Assembly (NCBI GenBank): GCA_973895155.1
Contig: OZ316894.1
Coordinates: 4,674,944 to 4,738,943 of the forward strand
Source of the DNA: Marsupella aquatica
Taxonomy: Eukaryota; Plantae; Marchantiophyta
Reading direction: 5' to 3'
DNA length: 64,000 bases
In this document: positions 24,717 to 37,549 of the stretch, in pieces
Layout: each line of letters opens with the position of its first letter
How positions within the stretch are numbered: position 1 is the stretch's first letter
Position numbers and translations under genes: made by a program
Notes under the pieces: generated by a model
The model's database searches: none
What the model was told of the DNA's origin: nothing
What the model saw: only the letters and a program-made list of their open reading frames with translations

Positions 24717-26054
24717 ATGAATTCGACGACTTCAGGCACACAGAGCAACAGGATGCTATTGAGCTTAGAGGGCAGGGCTTTGAGGTTAGAAGAAAAGATT
24801 TTGAGATCAGAGGAAAGGCTTTTGAGCCTAGAAGAGCAAAGTGAGCGACTTCTTCCGGGCATGCTTGATAAGATTACCGTGAACCACATTGCCCCCAAGT
24901 TGCCGTGGAGAGCCTTTTACACCTTAGCATCAGTGAGTCGTAGCTGGCAGCGAGCCATTAGAAATCGCCGAGTCTATGATGCCAGAGTCCGATCTCAGTC
25001 AACAGAAACGCTTATTGTAATAAGTATTGAAGGCAGATTTGGTCCTGGAGTTGGTCTTTACTCTATCCGAGACGATTCTTGTTATAAACTCCCTGCAATC
25101 CCAGTAGCCATTCCTGAGGAAAAATCCAGACTCTACAAATACGCATCTTTGGATGGTAAAATATACGCCTTGCCATGTATAGACAGGTATAACTTTGATT
25201 CCAAACCCTATGAAGCATATGTCTTGGATCTAGCTGGACAACGGTCGTGGAAGCAGTATGCAAGTATGCACGATCCAAGAAGTTCTTATGGGTGTGGCGT
25301 CCTAAATGGGAAGATCTATATCTTCGGGGGATTCTCATATTCTAGCATTATTTGTGATTCCGAAGTTTATGACCCTAAGTTGGATTGCTGGTCAAGAACA
25401 GCGCCAATGCCAACTGGGCGCCATAGTCATGATGTAACAGCAATAGGAGAGGAGTTGTTTGTGCACGGTGGGTCATGGTCTCATAGCTATGGGCATCGTC
25501 AACAAAACGTATTATTACGTCTGGAGGTTTACTATCCAGCAAAGGACAAGTGGAGAGTAGTCGAACCTTTTGGGGGACAGAATTGTGACAATTCTATTGT
25601 AGTAGTACAAGGAAAATTCCATTTGATTACTCAGAGTGGTATCGAAGTCTTTGATATGGAGAGAAATTCATGGACGCACCGCTTTTCAACTTCGTTCCCG
25701 ACTATAGGACCAGCGGAAGTTTATTGTACCCGCACCCGCACCCGCACATCGCACAGTTACTGTACCCGCACCCGCACATCGCACGGTTCGTTTACAGAAA
25801 TTAGGCCAATTATTATCACTCCTCCACTTAATTCATGTGCGGCTTTAGCTGTAGATGACGAGGCTTTGTTGCAAGTCAAATGGGAGCCTCTTTTGTTGCA
25901 TGGAACAAACATTTCGGGACTCCAAACCAGTGGCGGCGAAACTCTTGTTCGCAGCAAAGGGTTCGGGAGGGAGAACAGAGAGATCGTGTGGCAGAAAACA
26001 AACTGGTCCCTTCCCTTTGGAGTGATTCCCTCCATGTGTCCCATTGAGCTCTGA
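24717..26054 (+). CDS. F-box/kelch-repeat protein (intronless CDS) with N-terminal heptad repeat, paralogue B
   Basis: 445-aa ORF. F-box LLPGMLDKITVNHIAPKLPWRAFYTLASVSRSWQRAI; kelch LNGKIYIFGG...EVYDPKLDCW. Shares STETL, RSKGFG and the C-terminal MCPIEL* with paralogue A. Confidence 0.92.
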   Translation: MNSTTSGTQSNRMLLSLEGRALRLEEKILRSEERLLSLEEQSERLLPGMLDKITVNHIAPKLPWRAFYTLASVSRSWQRAIRNRRVYDARVRSQSTETLIVISIEGRFGPGVGLYSIRDDSCYKLPAIPVAIPEEKSRLYKYASLDGKIYALPCIDRYNFDSKPYEAYVLDLAGQRSWKQYASMHDPRSSYGCGVLNGKIYIFGGFSYSSIICDSEVYDPKLDCWSRTAPMPTGRHSHDVTAIGEELFVHGGSWSHSYGHRQQNVLLRLEVYYPAKDKWRVVEPFGGQNCDNSIVVVQGKFHLITQSGIEVFDMERNSWTHRFSTSFPTIGPAEVYCTRTRTRTSHSYCTRTRTSHGSFTEIRPIIITPPLNSCAALAVDDEALLQVKWEPLLLHGTNISGLQTSGGETLVRSKGFGRENREIVWQKTNWSLPFGVIPSMCPIEL

Positions 26055-28514
26055 GTGCGCCCCGTCCAGATTCTCAGGCGTAGTGTCTTTCTTCTGAAAG
26101 TTCTGCTTTTTTTTGTTTTAGAAAGAGACTTCCTGGTAGAGCAGTTAAGAATTCGTAGTTGCGCATTATTTACATCACAGTAGCTAGCAACTGTACTTTG
26201 GCCTTGATGGATGTTACAGTCACATGAAGATGACTTGTACAGACGAACAATACATAAACATCAGATGAATTTCTGTGGTTCTTTTCTATAGACAGATTCT
26301 TGATTCTGTTTTTGCAATTTGATTAGCTCAATGCTGTTGCTGTTCCATAGTGGGGCGCATGGGCATCCCGTCGAACTAGATTGCATGAACTTGGATCATG
26401 GAATGAAATGGTTTTCTGATAACATCCGAACTTCACTTTATCCCTTGCTGGCTTGGATCAGAGTTTACATTTATTGCAATCTAAACTTCTACGTACAATC
26501 CTGTTACTGAAACAGAAGTCCAACCATAAAAGATTTCTTGCTGAAAACGAAGTCCATCGATAAAGTTTGATGCTCTGGCAGTGAGTACAATTTGCATAAA
26601 AACAAGCCCGAATGCTCCTCAGACCCAGTTCCACGTTCCAAAACCTAAATAGGTAGATTAAAATGATGTCAGTTGGAACCTCGACCAAAGTAACAACCGG
26701 GGTAACAACCTTTTGGCAACAAGGGCTTTAACGAGATTGGCTTTGTAGATCACAGCAAGCCAGCAAACTTGTGACGGAGACTCGGTGGCCTCATCATGGG
26801 GATCGGAATGAGGACCCAGCTGACTCTACTGGAGATATTAAAGAGCAATCTCGCTAAATCTTACAAGAGGAATGTCACAACGTTAGGTCGAGGCAAACAC
26901 AGGAACGCCATGGGAGTTTGGGTTGACACTTGCCATTCCGATCTTTTTGAATAGTCGAGCAAGAGTTGAATAAACAGTTTGGCTAGTTATACAAATCACA
27001 ATCTCATTAAAGTGGGCATTGTCCATAAGATTTGAGACACGAAAGACCAATAAAATAGAACACAGCCTGCTTGAATTTGTAGCGTTAACTGGGCAGGGAA
27101 GTTCAGGCAAAGAGCTTCTAAGACGATGAAGATAAAAAGAAATTAGTTATGATTTGGCATTGCTCCTGAGTTCAACTGTGTCAAAATGTTTGGCCCTAGA
27201 GAAACTCGGAGCTACTACCACAGATCATTCCTATCAGAATTCACTCTCTGAGACTCAACACCAAGTTCCTTCTCTCTAGGTAGCTCAGTAAGTATGAAAC
27301 TCTTGCTGACAAGTTTTGTGAATACAGTGGAAACGCAAGACGCACAGTGACAACAATGATCTCTGGATTTTGACAGATATTTTGTTTCCCGAGCTCAGGT
27401 GCGGGCCAACCCTTGAGACACTTGCTTGTTGGTGCCCTAATCTCTTCAATTGCGTCCACGATCAGACCTCGAGCTATGTAGCTCTACTCACCCTTCTTTT
27501 GTCTTGCTTCCCAATGAACTTAATGCTCACCTTTGTGGATGGGATGATCTCATTGGGACTAGTCCTGGTCCAAATGGTCGTGTGTTTTACAATTACATTC
27601 TGTGAGAGGAATACTTTTCGACCCCAAAGCTCTGTAGCTTGAGGACGTTTGTTTCGATTCTTCGTCTTGGTACTGAGGATCTGAGATTGCATTCCTAATT
27701 GGTCGTTATCCTGTAATCCCAGAATCGATCCACAATACGCACGAAACTTAATCTCAAACTGAACATGAATCCGATCAGATGACTTGATCTTAATTTGACT
27801 CGAGAAGTATTCGCACTCCACGTGGTGAACAGCCACGATAGATAGAGTTGGTGTCATAGATGATGGAGGTGAGATACCTTTCTCGGGGCCTTGCAGCAAC
27901 GTTGACTTCAATAGTTGACTTAAGTTCGAAATCTTAAGAGGTCCATGGAGATGCTACTATCAACGGAGTGCCAGATTTTAATCCTCGTTAGATATAAATC
28001 TATGGACCTGCATCTGTCGAAGTCCCAACTGTGAGTTTAATCGTTGGATTCGCGGACTCAAAAGATGAAGTCAAAATATCTAGCGTGCCACATTACTTCA
28101 TAGGCCTCAGAGATGTCCTGAAAGTTGCTAATTCAGCTTATGTATAAGGACAACCAATGCCGGCCATCTTTGACGATATTTGGCCCTCACTTTGCAAAAG
28201 TAGAATTCAGGTGACAATTGCAAGGTACTTGTCACTAAGAGAAATCACTTAAGAAAGTTTAACTTTTTCATGGAAACTCGCAGATCACAATCTTCAAAAG
28301 CCAAACGAGGCCTCCGAGCTCGTCTGAATTTAAAAATTGTTCACACTCAAAGCAATCATGCTTCTAAAATACAAAGATTGTTCGCAAGACAATAAATGCA
28401 GAGGCATCAAACTAGTTAACTGCTCCCTGCAGGTGGAACATCCACCAACAAGCTTCAAATGAGAAGAACTGGCCATTACGAGATTCTTAAAGGTGGCTTG
28501 TATCATCTTGAAAA

Positions 28515-31500
28515 CTAAGTTGATTTCAGTTTGCGTGATGGAGGCCTACGAAATACTCCAACAAGATCGTCCAATCCCTGCCATCCATGATTTCCCTAGA
28601 AAAATAAGCTTCCGCACTTCCATCTCCGGATACTCATATAAACTAACATATAAATCACTGGATAGACATCGGACATGCTATTTGCAAGCAAAATAATACG
28701 AGCACAGCATCGATCTCACTTCACATAATGCACTCCCAATTGAAGCCCAAAAAGTCCTCATACCTTCGTTGTAATTACAAGGGTCAGGAACAAAACTAGC
28801 AGGTATGAACCAACTGCTAGCATAATAAATATATCAAATGTTACACTCGCCACCTGCAAAGGAAGAACATATCGTCAATTCCAGAATCAAGGTGAGGAAT
28901 GCCCGAAAGGTCACCCTACAGATCAGACGAACATTTGTGGACAATAAATTAACATTTGAATTGGTCTGTACACTGAAATTCTAAATTCGTAACCAACTGA
29001 TCTCGAAAATGTCGTGGGACATTTTCCAGATATTGGTCGGAAGAATAAAGAGTCGTAACCTCTTACGACATAGTTCTGGGATTTACCTGGTAAATACTAA
29101 GCTGGGCCTTGGTTGTATCATAGAACAAAAATGTGCCATCTAATGTGTCATGTTGGAGACTCACAACTTTGGTGTGGTCAACCAATTCCTGCATGTTTCA
29201 AGAATCACGGTCAGAAGAGGATAGGCAGCACCAAACTAAGCCATGCGAACTGTGATTCGAAACCTTGATTTCTTTTGGGTGGAAGGACGAACCTTCTGCA
29301 AGGCAGCGATGATTGGGTCATTTCTCCCGAGATAAGGAGAAACTCGGGGAGTACGAGAAAGTAATTTTAGCCACTGCTGCACATATGGACGGCTGACGGC
29401 AAGACTACTTCCATCTGCGAATATGTCGATCTTCTTTCCTTCAAAGCCATATATATGTTTCTGTTCAAGTCAAAGTTCATCTCAGTTAATCTGGAATTTG
29501 CTCAACGATATCCCGTATTAAATTTATGATAAAGTTCTATCATCTGTAACGGAGGACCCATACAACAATTGGCTTTTGGCAGAACACCAAGACGAGCCCC
29601 AGATGCTCGAGCTGATATTCTGGGCGGGAAAAGGACCTCACCGCAAGCGTCTCAGCCACAATCTTAATGTTGCGGACGACAATCTTCTCATCCACAACTT
29701 GCCTGTAATAACAACAGTAGATATGATCAAAGCCAAATTTCATATTTGCACCCGAACTCAGAGCGACGCTAAAAATGAGCAAAAACTTCAGACTACCTAT
29801 TCCCCTTCATCGCAATACTGAGCACTTCCATTACTTTGCACACTTCCCAAGGAGCGCACTTGCGACCAGGACAAGATGTAAAACTTTGGCCAGCACAGTT
29901 GGCTGAAGAAGAAATTTACAAATGCCTGACTAGATCATAATATGTCTCACTCCAGCAAGCGAGGAGTAATATACCTACTGTCGGAGATACCGCCAGCATG
30001 CTCAGGAGCTGCATCCAACTCTGACAGAGTAGCAGCAGTTATCCTGTTCCTAGAAAATTGCTCATGTTCCCAAAGTACCTGCGGATTTAAAGACGGTATC
30101 AGAAAAAAGAACACAGCTACGTAACTGTGAGGTAATAGTCTACGACAATTTAGTCGTTGTCAGTTGTCATAGGAGTGCTATTCAGCCAGACTAACACGCA
30201 AAACTCTTGGCATAAGAAGTACTGCGCATACTAAATTACAGCATGCTAAAAATGCTGTCATATTTCCATTAAAGAATCCGTTTGAAATACCCGTGGGTTG
30301 GAAATGTTGATCTTCTTATGTTTGACGTCAACACTGACCCCAAAGTCCTCAGCCACATCTGCAAAATTCTGAAGAAGTTCGAACAACCAAAACCTTTAAT
30401 TTGACAGCACGGATAGGAATGCAAACTTCTGCTCATCGAAACCTACTCTAGGAAAACATACAAACTCCGATCAATTGATTCATATGTTAATCCATCACCG
30501 AACCATAATACGGCCAGAAACTCTACCTTCCATAAGCTAGTGCACCTCTGCCAGTTTCACGTTGCAATCATCCGCACAACGCAAAGGAGCATGAAAGTGT
30601 GGGTAGGAGATAGAACATACATCCAAAATTTGCTTGATCTGAGGGTTCTCCGGGGGTTTGGAAACATGCAACCAGAGATGATTTGAAGCGCCAATTCTGT
30701 TCAAGCATAGTGCATAGTCTACACTCTCCCTAACACGCTGATCTAAACCTCGTAACCACTGTACAATACAAGACTTTTTATGATCAGAGATTAAAAGACA
30801 TAACTTTTGCAAACGCCCTCTTCATATGCCCTCCTTGAAAACAAGAACTCAAATTTGCTGGCACTTAGCGAATAACATAGGCCAAAACGTGAAGTGAACA
30901 TTCTTTCCAACCACGAAATCCACCAAATCACTTCATTTAACTTTTTCAGAATCTCACTAAAAACTGGGCTACAGATTTCACACATTATCAGGCACAATCA
31001 CAACTCACCCTAGCTGTGCCATTGTAATCATAGGGCCCTGCTGATGTTAACCCAAATAGCAAATTGTATCGGCCTTGGGTCTTTGGGTTGGAATAAAGGC
31101 GGGAAAATACTCTGGCTACTTCCAACAAAGCCACCACACCGCTGGCAGTACTTCCACTTCCGACAGCTAATGCCTGATCAAATGAGATTTGACAAGTTAG
31201 TGCAACAAAACTATTACGGGGAGAAACGCAATGACCTAGTTTAATACACTTCGTGCCTTCAATGAATCACCGTTACAGTGAAAGCAATCGAAAAGATCGA
31301 GATTCTTACCGGTGCAGCGCCAAAGGTGTCATAGGATGCAACAATGGCAATTGTGGGCAAAACAGGAACGTCTCCTTCTCCTCTTAGGCCTGGCAACCAT
31401 CCCTAAACATGTCCACCATTCTCTCATGAGAATGAACAGTCCGACCGGATGACCCAGATGACCCAAATATACAGAGCTTGTAACGCTGACTAATCTCGAC

Positions 31501-33354
31501 AACATCAGATCTGTAAGACACCCAACCTGAATATTTGTATAAGGGGCAGAAGGCAACTTCTTTGCTTCGGGAACGGCCACCACCAGTTTATACCTGAAGA
31601 CCCCAAATACACAATCACTCAGAAATCATCTTGCGTGCTTACGACCGAATTCAACCGTCGTGAGAAATTTCGTACCATCAATAGAAAGACAATACAGGAA
31701 AGGCCAAGACCCTTAAGGTATCCATCGAGAAAGAGCACAACTTCCGAATGTTTACCAGTAAAGACACAAACTGCGAATCGTTTTATGTATAATACATATC
31801 ATTGCACCACAGTTTCTGGGATTTCAAAACGATGGGGAGGCTTACCCGCCAGTAGTCGCAGTAGCAGGTCTCCCTGCATCATCGTTTTGTTGCACATCCT
31901 CCAGGACAGAATTCACTGTATCATCTGCATATGTAAAATAGACAGGGTACTGCCGCCATCATAAGGATCAGGAATTAGCTTCGGTTATCAACTGCATAGA
32001 ATCGTCGAACCACCCTTTCACACGTGACCACAAAGAAAAATCCTCAGCAGAGAAGATTATGAGAACGGTTTCAAATCAAATCAACAGCTCGTGAGGAAGC
32101 TGACGAGTAGAGAAGATCAAAAAGACATATCCCAAATGTTTTAATACGAGCTCGCAAAGGAGAATCTTTACCGGTATGTTGTTATGGATGAGCCATTCCT
32201 CAAGTGCTGCAACGTTGGTGGACTCATTTCCATCGGCATCTTCACTGTCTTTTCCACCGGTCGATGAATCTCCTCCACTTTCGAGGTTCCGAGGAAGAAT
32301 CAGTAGCAAACCACCCAAGGTCTTCTTATTAAGAAGATGATCTGCCCAGCAGAGATACAGCCATGTCAAATAACAACACTACGACACTAGAAGACAAGCT
32401 TATTGGGTCTAGAACCCTAAAATTCCAACCAGCAAAATGATGATTAGCAGACACGAAAACCACTGTTTACCACAACTCCAGGAGATGCAATAAATCAATG
32501 AAAGGAAGGAAAGCACAAAAGCTTTTAAGTTCAAGGCTCTTGTAGCACCACCACGGCGCTGGTTGGGGTGCTTGACCTCCCATTCCCTTCCCTTCAATTA
32601 CGTATTTCAACTTTGTGGGTATCAGATTATTATATGAAAGAGGTATGCACGTAAGGTGCATCCCCTCCAAAACGACCCAACTTACGGTGGGACATAATGG
32701 GGCACCACCCTCTAGGAACAACACCTAGCTGAGGGCCACAATGGAATTCTAAACCCACGTGAAAAGGAAGCTGTTTGCAAGATGGCAGACCTTTGGGAAC
32801 ACTACTCCCGGAGAGATACAATGAAATTGTAATGCCTCATGCAGAGAAAAGCTATTTGAAAGATGGCGGGCCCTTGGGAACAATAAGCCTCGGGGTAGAA
32901 ACTAGTTTTTGGACCCCGCTGACAAGGAACCTTGAGGTCAAGATGGCAGGCGTCTGGGGAGATTTCCTACGTTACAAAACAGTATTGAGCCGATGTGAAA
33001 AGAGAACCGCTTTCCAAGATGGCCGGCAAAACTGCTACAGAAAAGAAGTCACAATGCCCACACACCGTTCAGTAGAGTGATGTTCACTTTCTCCACCGGG
33101 AGAATGACGACTTGGCGTGAAACGTCAGAGCCCGGCACAGACAGCCCGGATGTGGCGTGGTGGTTGATAATTGCCCGGCGGGAGCCCAAGGGAGCACCTC
33201 GAAGATCATACTGAATCAAACGGTAAACATCCACTACAGCTGCTGCATCACATATCTCAATGTAGGCCGCCACCACACACAGCAGAGCCACCAATGCCTG
33301 CAGCGACATGGCCATCACCATCCTGTCTCCTCCTCTCCTCCCAATCCTCGCCAT
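28515..33354 (-). CDS. NCLN: Nicalin (ER membrane, inactive M28 peptidase fold); many exons including 33354-33066, 32341-32172, 31949-31846 and last exon 28577-28515
   Basis: Signal peptide then AAAVVDVYRLIQYDLRGAPLGSR; YPVYF...PATATTGG; NIQ|GWLPG...PTIAIVASYDTFGAAP; TM segment VASVTFDIFIMLAVGSYLLVLFLTLVITTK; terminal GLDDLVGVFRRPPSRKLKST*. Confidence 0.93.
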
Positions 33355-36314
33355 CTTTAAGGCCTCAATTACAACGCCGTCTCGCCAAAATCCTACTAAA
33401 CCCTACAAGCCTAAAGTCAAAAACCCAACTCAATTTAAAGGCTCAAAAGCTGAGTCCTCAGATCAAAAACCTCACCCAAAAGCCTAAAAAGTTTGAAAGA
33501 CCCAAAACAGTAAAAGAATGAGAAAACCGAAGGCGTCAGATCCAAGACCCCAAAAGTCGGAGCTAAGAACAACGAGCTTTGAATTTCTGCCCTCAAACCT
33601 CAAAGCTAAGATTCACAGTCCCACCTATGAATCTCGAAAGGCCAAAACTGCCGAGGAGCTCAAACTCGAAGCTCAAATCCACCACACAGAGTGTTGAACC
33701 GATTCCCGGCTGCTCAGTTTCCAGGGACTGAGAAAAAAAATCACGGATCACAACACGGAGGGGCTGAAAACTGGAGCGCAGCCCGAAATCCCGATAGTGA
33801 TGCACCTCTCCACTCCTCTCCTCTAATCTCTCTACTCTCAAATCAAAATTGCTTTGGCCGACCGGCCTCAGGCTCCTTCCGATGCCAAAGGTGGACTCAT
33901 GTCTGCACTGGTAGTGTAGGACCACAACTACCAACTAAATAAACCTGTCGGCACTATGCACCATTAACTATATATACTAAGCAGTAAGAGGTCACTTCTG
34001 ACAGACCCACAGCTGCCATTGGCTCTCCTTAAAACCGAACAGTTTGGCACCGTATGGCACTACGGCATAATGCTAAATCCAGTATAAGTCACTTATGACA
34101 GACCCACAGCCTCAATGTTCCTCCCTGTGCTCTCATTAGTACTGGCCCAACTACCCTCCTTTTGAACCATATAGGCCAGTAAAAAAACATTGCAAGAAAA
34201 AGATTCCGTATTATGAAGGACTCATTTATAAATTATTTATCCCCATCCTTATTTAAGTGACGATCTAGGCCATAAAGTAGGTTTAGATAACAAATTACTA
34301 GTAAGATTTTGGTGAATAAAAATACAGTTCTAAAGTTTTATATTATTAGTTTTAAAATGAGTCTAACCAAACCGAGGAACCCCAGCATGGATTGACTAAA
34401 ACCTTGCCCCTGCCCATTCCCATGGACTGCGTAAATTCATCAGCCAGTTTACACCGGAAAGGAAAATGTGACTGGCTGCCTTTGGAAAGATGCCTCGCAT
34501 TTGAAAATGATGCCCTATATAATTTTTAATTTATTTTTTTGAAATGAACACTTTACTCATTTGAAAGATAAAACCCAATAAGAGTGGGAGTAAACCTGAC
34601 CAGACAAGAAAAGGTCAACACGCCAAAAGTCACTCCAAGACCAAACACATTCAAAAATGATGCCCAAAATAATTTTAAAGGCTCCCTGACCAACTATAAA
34701 TTGTTGGATTTGGTAGACTTGTGCATTTATTTGGACAGCTTTTGGACCTCTGGTTGAGTTGAAGTTTTCCTAAGCATGTTCTCTATGCCAAAATTGAGAT
34801 TTTTCTAAGATCATTAGCTTCATTTAGAGGAACACAAAAATGGTCAAATATTATAAACCAATTGCCAACATACACTTATTTATGTGAGTACTTTGGGCAT
34901 AATCGGCTAAATATCATTTTGGGAAGGGCAGTTCACTTTTGTGGAGGACAGCTTGAGTGGTTTTGGCAAGAGCAACAAACTTACCATCTGGTAAGCTAAT
35001 TGAAATCAGTTGCAAACGGTCAGAAGTCCATTCAGAGGTCACATTACAGTCAAAACTATAAAAGGGGTCATATGAATATTTTAAGAGGTTCTCTGTGCAT
35101 TGATCCCAGCTATGGAAATCCATCTGGGCTTCACAACAAACCCCTCAGTCCATCCAGGCTTTACAAGTGAGGACAAAAGAAAAACAAACCCAAAAGGCCA
35201 AAGTATATGTCACTCAAGCATTGCAGCGCCAGAAGCCGCCCAACCAGACTACAGGGTCACCAACTAAAGGTCTTGGGCTGAGAGTGGAGCTAAGTATATA
35301 TTTCAGACTGCCGAAAAACAAAGGGCGCCCAACAATAAACAGTTGAATTGTCCTCCTGCTAGTTAAAACTGTAGCTCAATGTTGTACATTAAGCCTGGAT
35401 GGACCGATAAAGCTAGGATGGACTTTCTCAGAAAGTCAGATTTTGACTTGAATAACACTTTTCTCTACTGGATCGTCAAGTTGTCAACCACTAGTTGTGA
35501 CAGAAATGTTGCCTTTGGCATACGTATCCATTTATTTGGAGGATCTTTGGCTGATCAAATACTGCTTAAGTTCCTTTCAACTACATTGTGGGAATCCTCT
35601 TTCTCCCCTTTATTGGGTGTCTTGCCTTGCAATCTTGTCTCTCGGCTCTATGACACTCTTTGTTCCGATGTGATATGGTTTCTGTTTTGTTGCCTGCAGC
35701 AGGTGCGTGCCCAATGAAATAGCATAGATGGAGGGTGGCTTTACAAGACACTTGTGAGGTTTCTTTCTCCAAAGCAATGCTAGGGAGGGCCACTGCTTGT
35801 TTAACCAACATAGAAAATCACACCAAATAATGGTTCAATAAATGCAAATCACTTGAATATATGAAATTGCCAAAGTTTGGAAATGTTTGGACCACCTATC
35901 CAGGTGGTCCAAATTTATCTACAAAGTAAGCACCCACCACTTGCCATCTCGGATTTGCGGACACCGTACCTAAATGGGCCCCCCAGCCCTTGTAAAGCCA
36001 AGTGCAGCTGTTTCCATCATTGTACACCAAATTTTATCTCCACGGGAATAAAAAATAAGTAATTAGCCCCAATCTCTTACTCTAGGGTCTAGATTTAATA
36101 GCCAAGGGAATAATACAAAGTCATGGGTCCAACTTCTTGTAAAGCCATCCGTAACTTTTCTATGGCATAAGGTTACCTATTTCTGCTCAAGACTGCTATT
36201 CTCATGATCTTGTGCCTGAACAAATTGATGGCCAAGTAGCCTTTTTCCAGAATAAAAATCACTTACTAGAACCAGTCTTTAGGCTGGGGTTGTAGTCAAC
36301 AACCCTATTTCTAA

Positions 36315-36600
36315 GACAAAAAGAGATGTTGAGGTGAGACAATGAAGTCAAGGTGATGTTGAGGAGAGAAAAAACATGGCGAGGTGAGAAAATGATGTTG
36401 AGGAGAGAACATATGTCGAAGGTGAGGGAAAGATGTTGTGGTGAGATAATGATGTCAAGGTGACAAAAGATGTCAAGTCAGGTGAGAAAATATATCAAGG
36501 ACCTAAACGATGTTGAGGGTGAGAAAAAATTGTCATGAGATAAAAATGTCAATGTCATAAAAATGGCGAGATGAGAAAAATATGTCAAGGCAAGGTAGAG
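36315..36600. repeat. Degenerate ~18-19-bp minisatellite
   Basis: Recurrent GATGT(T/C)GAGGTGAGAAAA; its reverse complement resembles the Helitron satellite half-unit. Confidence 0.7.
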
Positions 36601-37549
36601 TTGTTGTGGTGGTGTGCAACAACTCGTGCACTGCACATAGAAATTGGAGGCTGAGATAATAGTCACCGCAACATAGAGTCTAAGCACAACCAAGTGATAG
36701 AAAACATATTTTTTATTATAAAATTTTAGAGAAATTAATATCATTTATATACATTATTAATACTCAAGTTTTTTCAAAACTTTAAAGTTATTATCCAATT
36801 CTTTAAGCCTCAATTTGAATAATTAGTTTTCAATAATATTCTATATTTTTTATTTTAGTTGGGTTTGGGTAGGTTATGGGTAGCTTGGGCAGAGGTAATC
36901 CAGATTAATAGAGATATGGATGGATCCTTCATTTACAGAAAAACAAATTTTTACTTAAGACCTAGGATTGTTCCCATTTTTTCTTGAGTTTGTAAATAAA
37001 TCACTTATGATACTCTTGCATACAATTGGGTTAGGTACTTTTTGTCTTTTGTTCCCACCATTACATTCTTTGTGTGAAAAGTGCATGCAACAGGGTTAGT
37101 TACATTTTTTGTTTTTTGTGTCCACCAATTGATTAGTGGTTGTGTGAAAAGATTTCCTGTACTTTTTGGGTTCACACTATATTTAATTTGCTTTTGGTTT
37201 CATCCCTTCTGTTTATTGGTTACTTCTTTTCTTGGCACTGTATTTTTGAATGACGACCACTGCATAAAAAAGTGCAACCTTGTATTATAGTTCTTGATAA
37301 CTCTCTCTAAACAGGAATTCACCAAATTTATAATGCTCCAGAAAGAGCTTAATGTACTTATGAAAGGCCTACGAGAATAAATTTTAGTATAAGTAGAGGG
37401 GAATCGTCCCAAACAGGTGATCCGAATCTTGACCTTGCACTGCAAAATGCCAACTGAAGAATCACGATGGCAATTAAGTTGTCGGAAAAATATTCTGTGG
37501 TAAAATAAGAAGACAAAGCCTGCCCGATTTTTCACATCTAAAGTTACAA

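Noticed and set aside
26300-28400. Possible extra gene between F-box B and nicalin
   Set aside because: Scattered splice-like sites and short ORFs but no phase-consistent recognisable protein; probably 3'UTRs.
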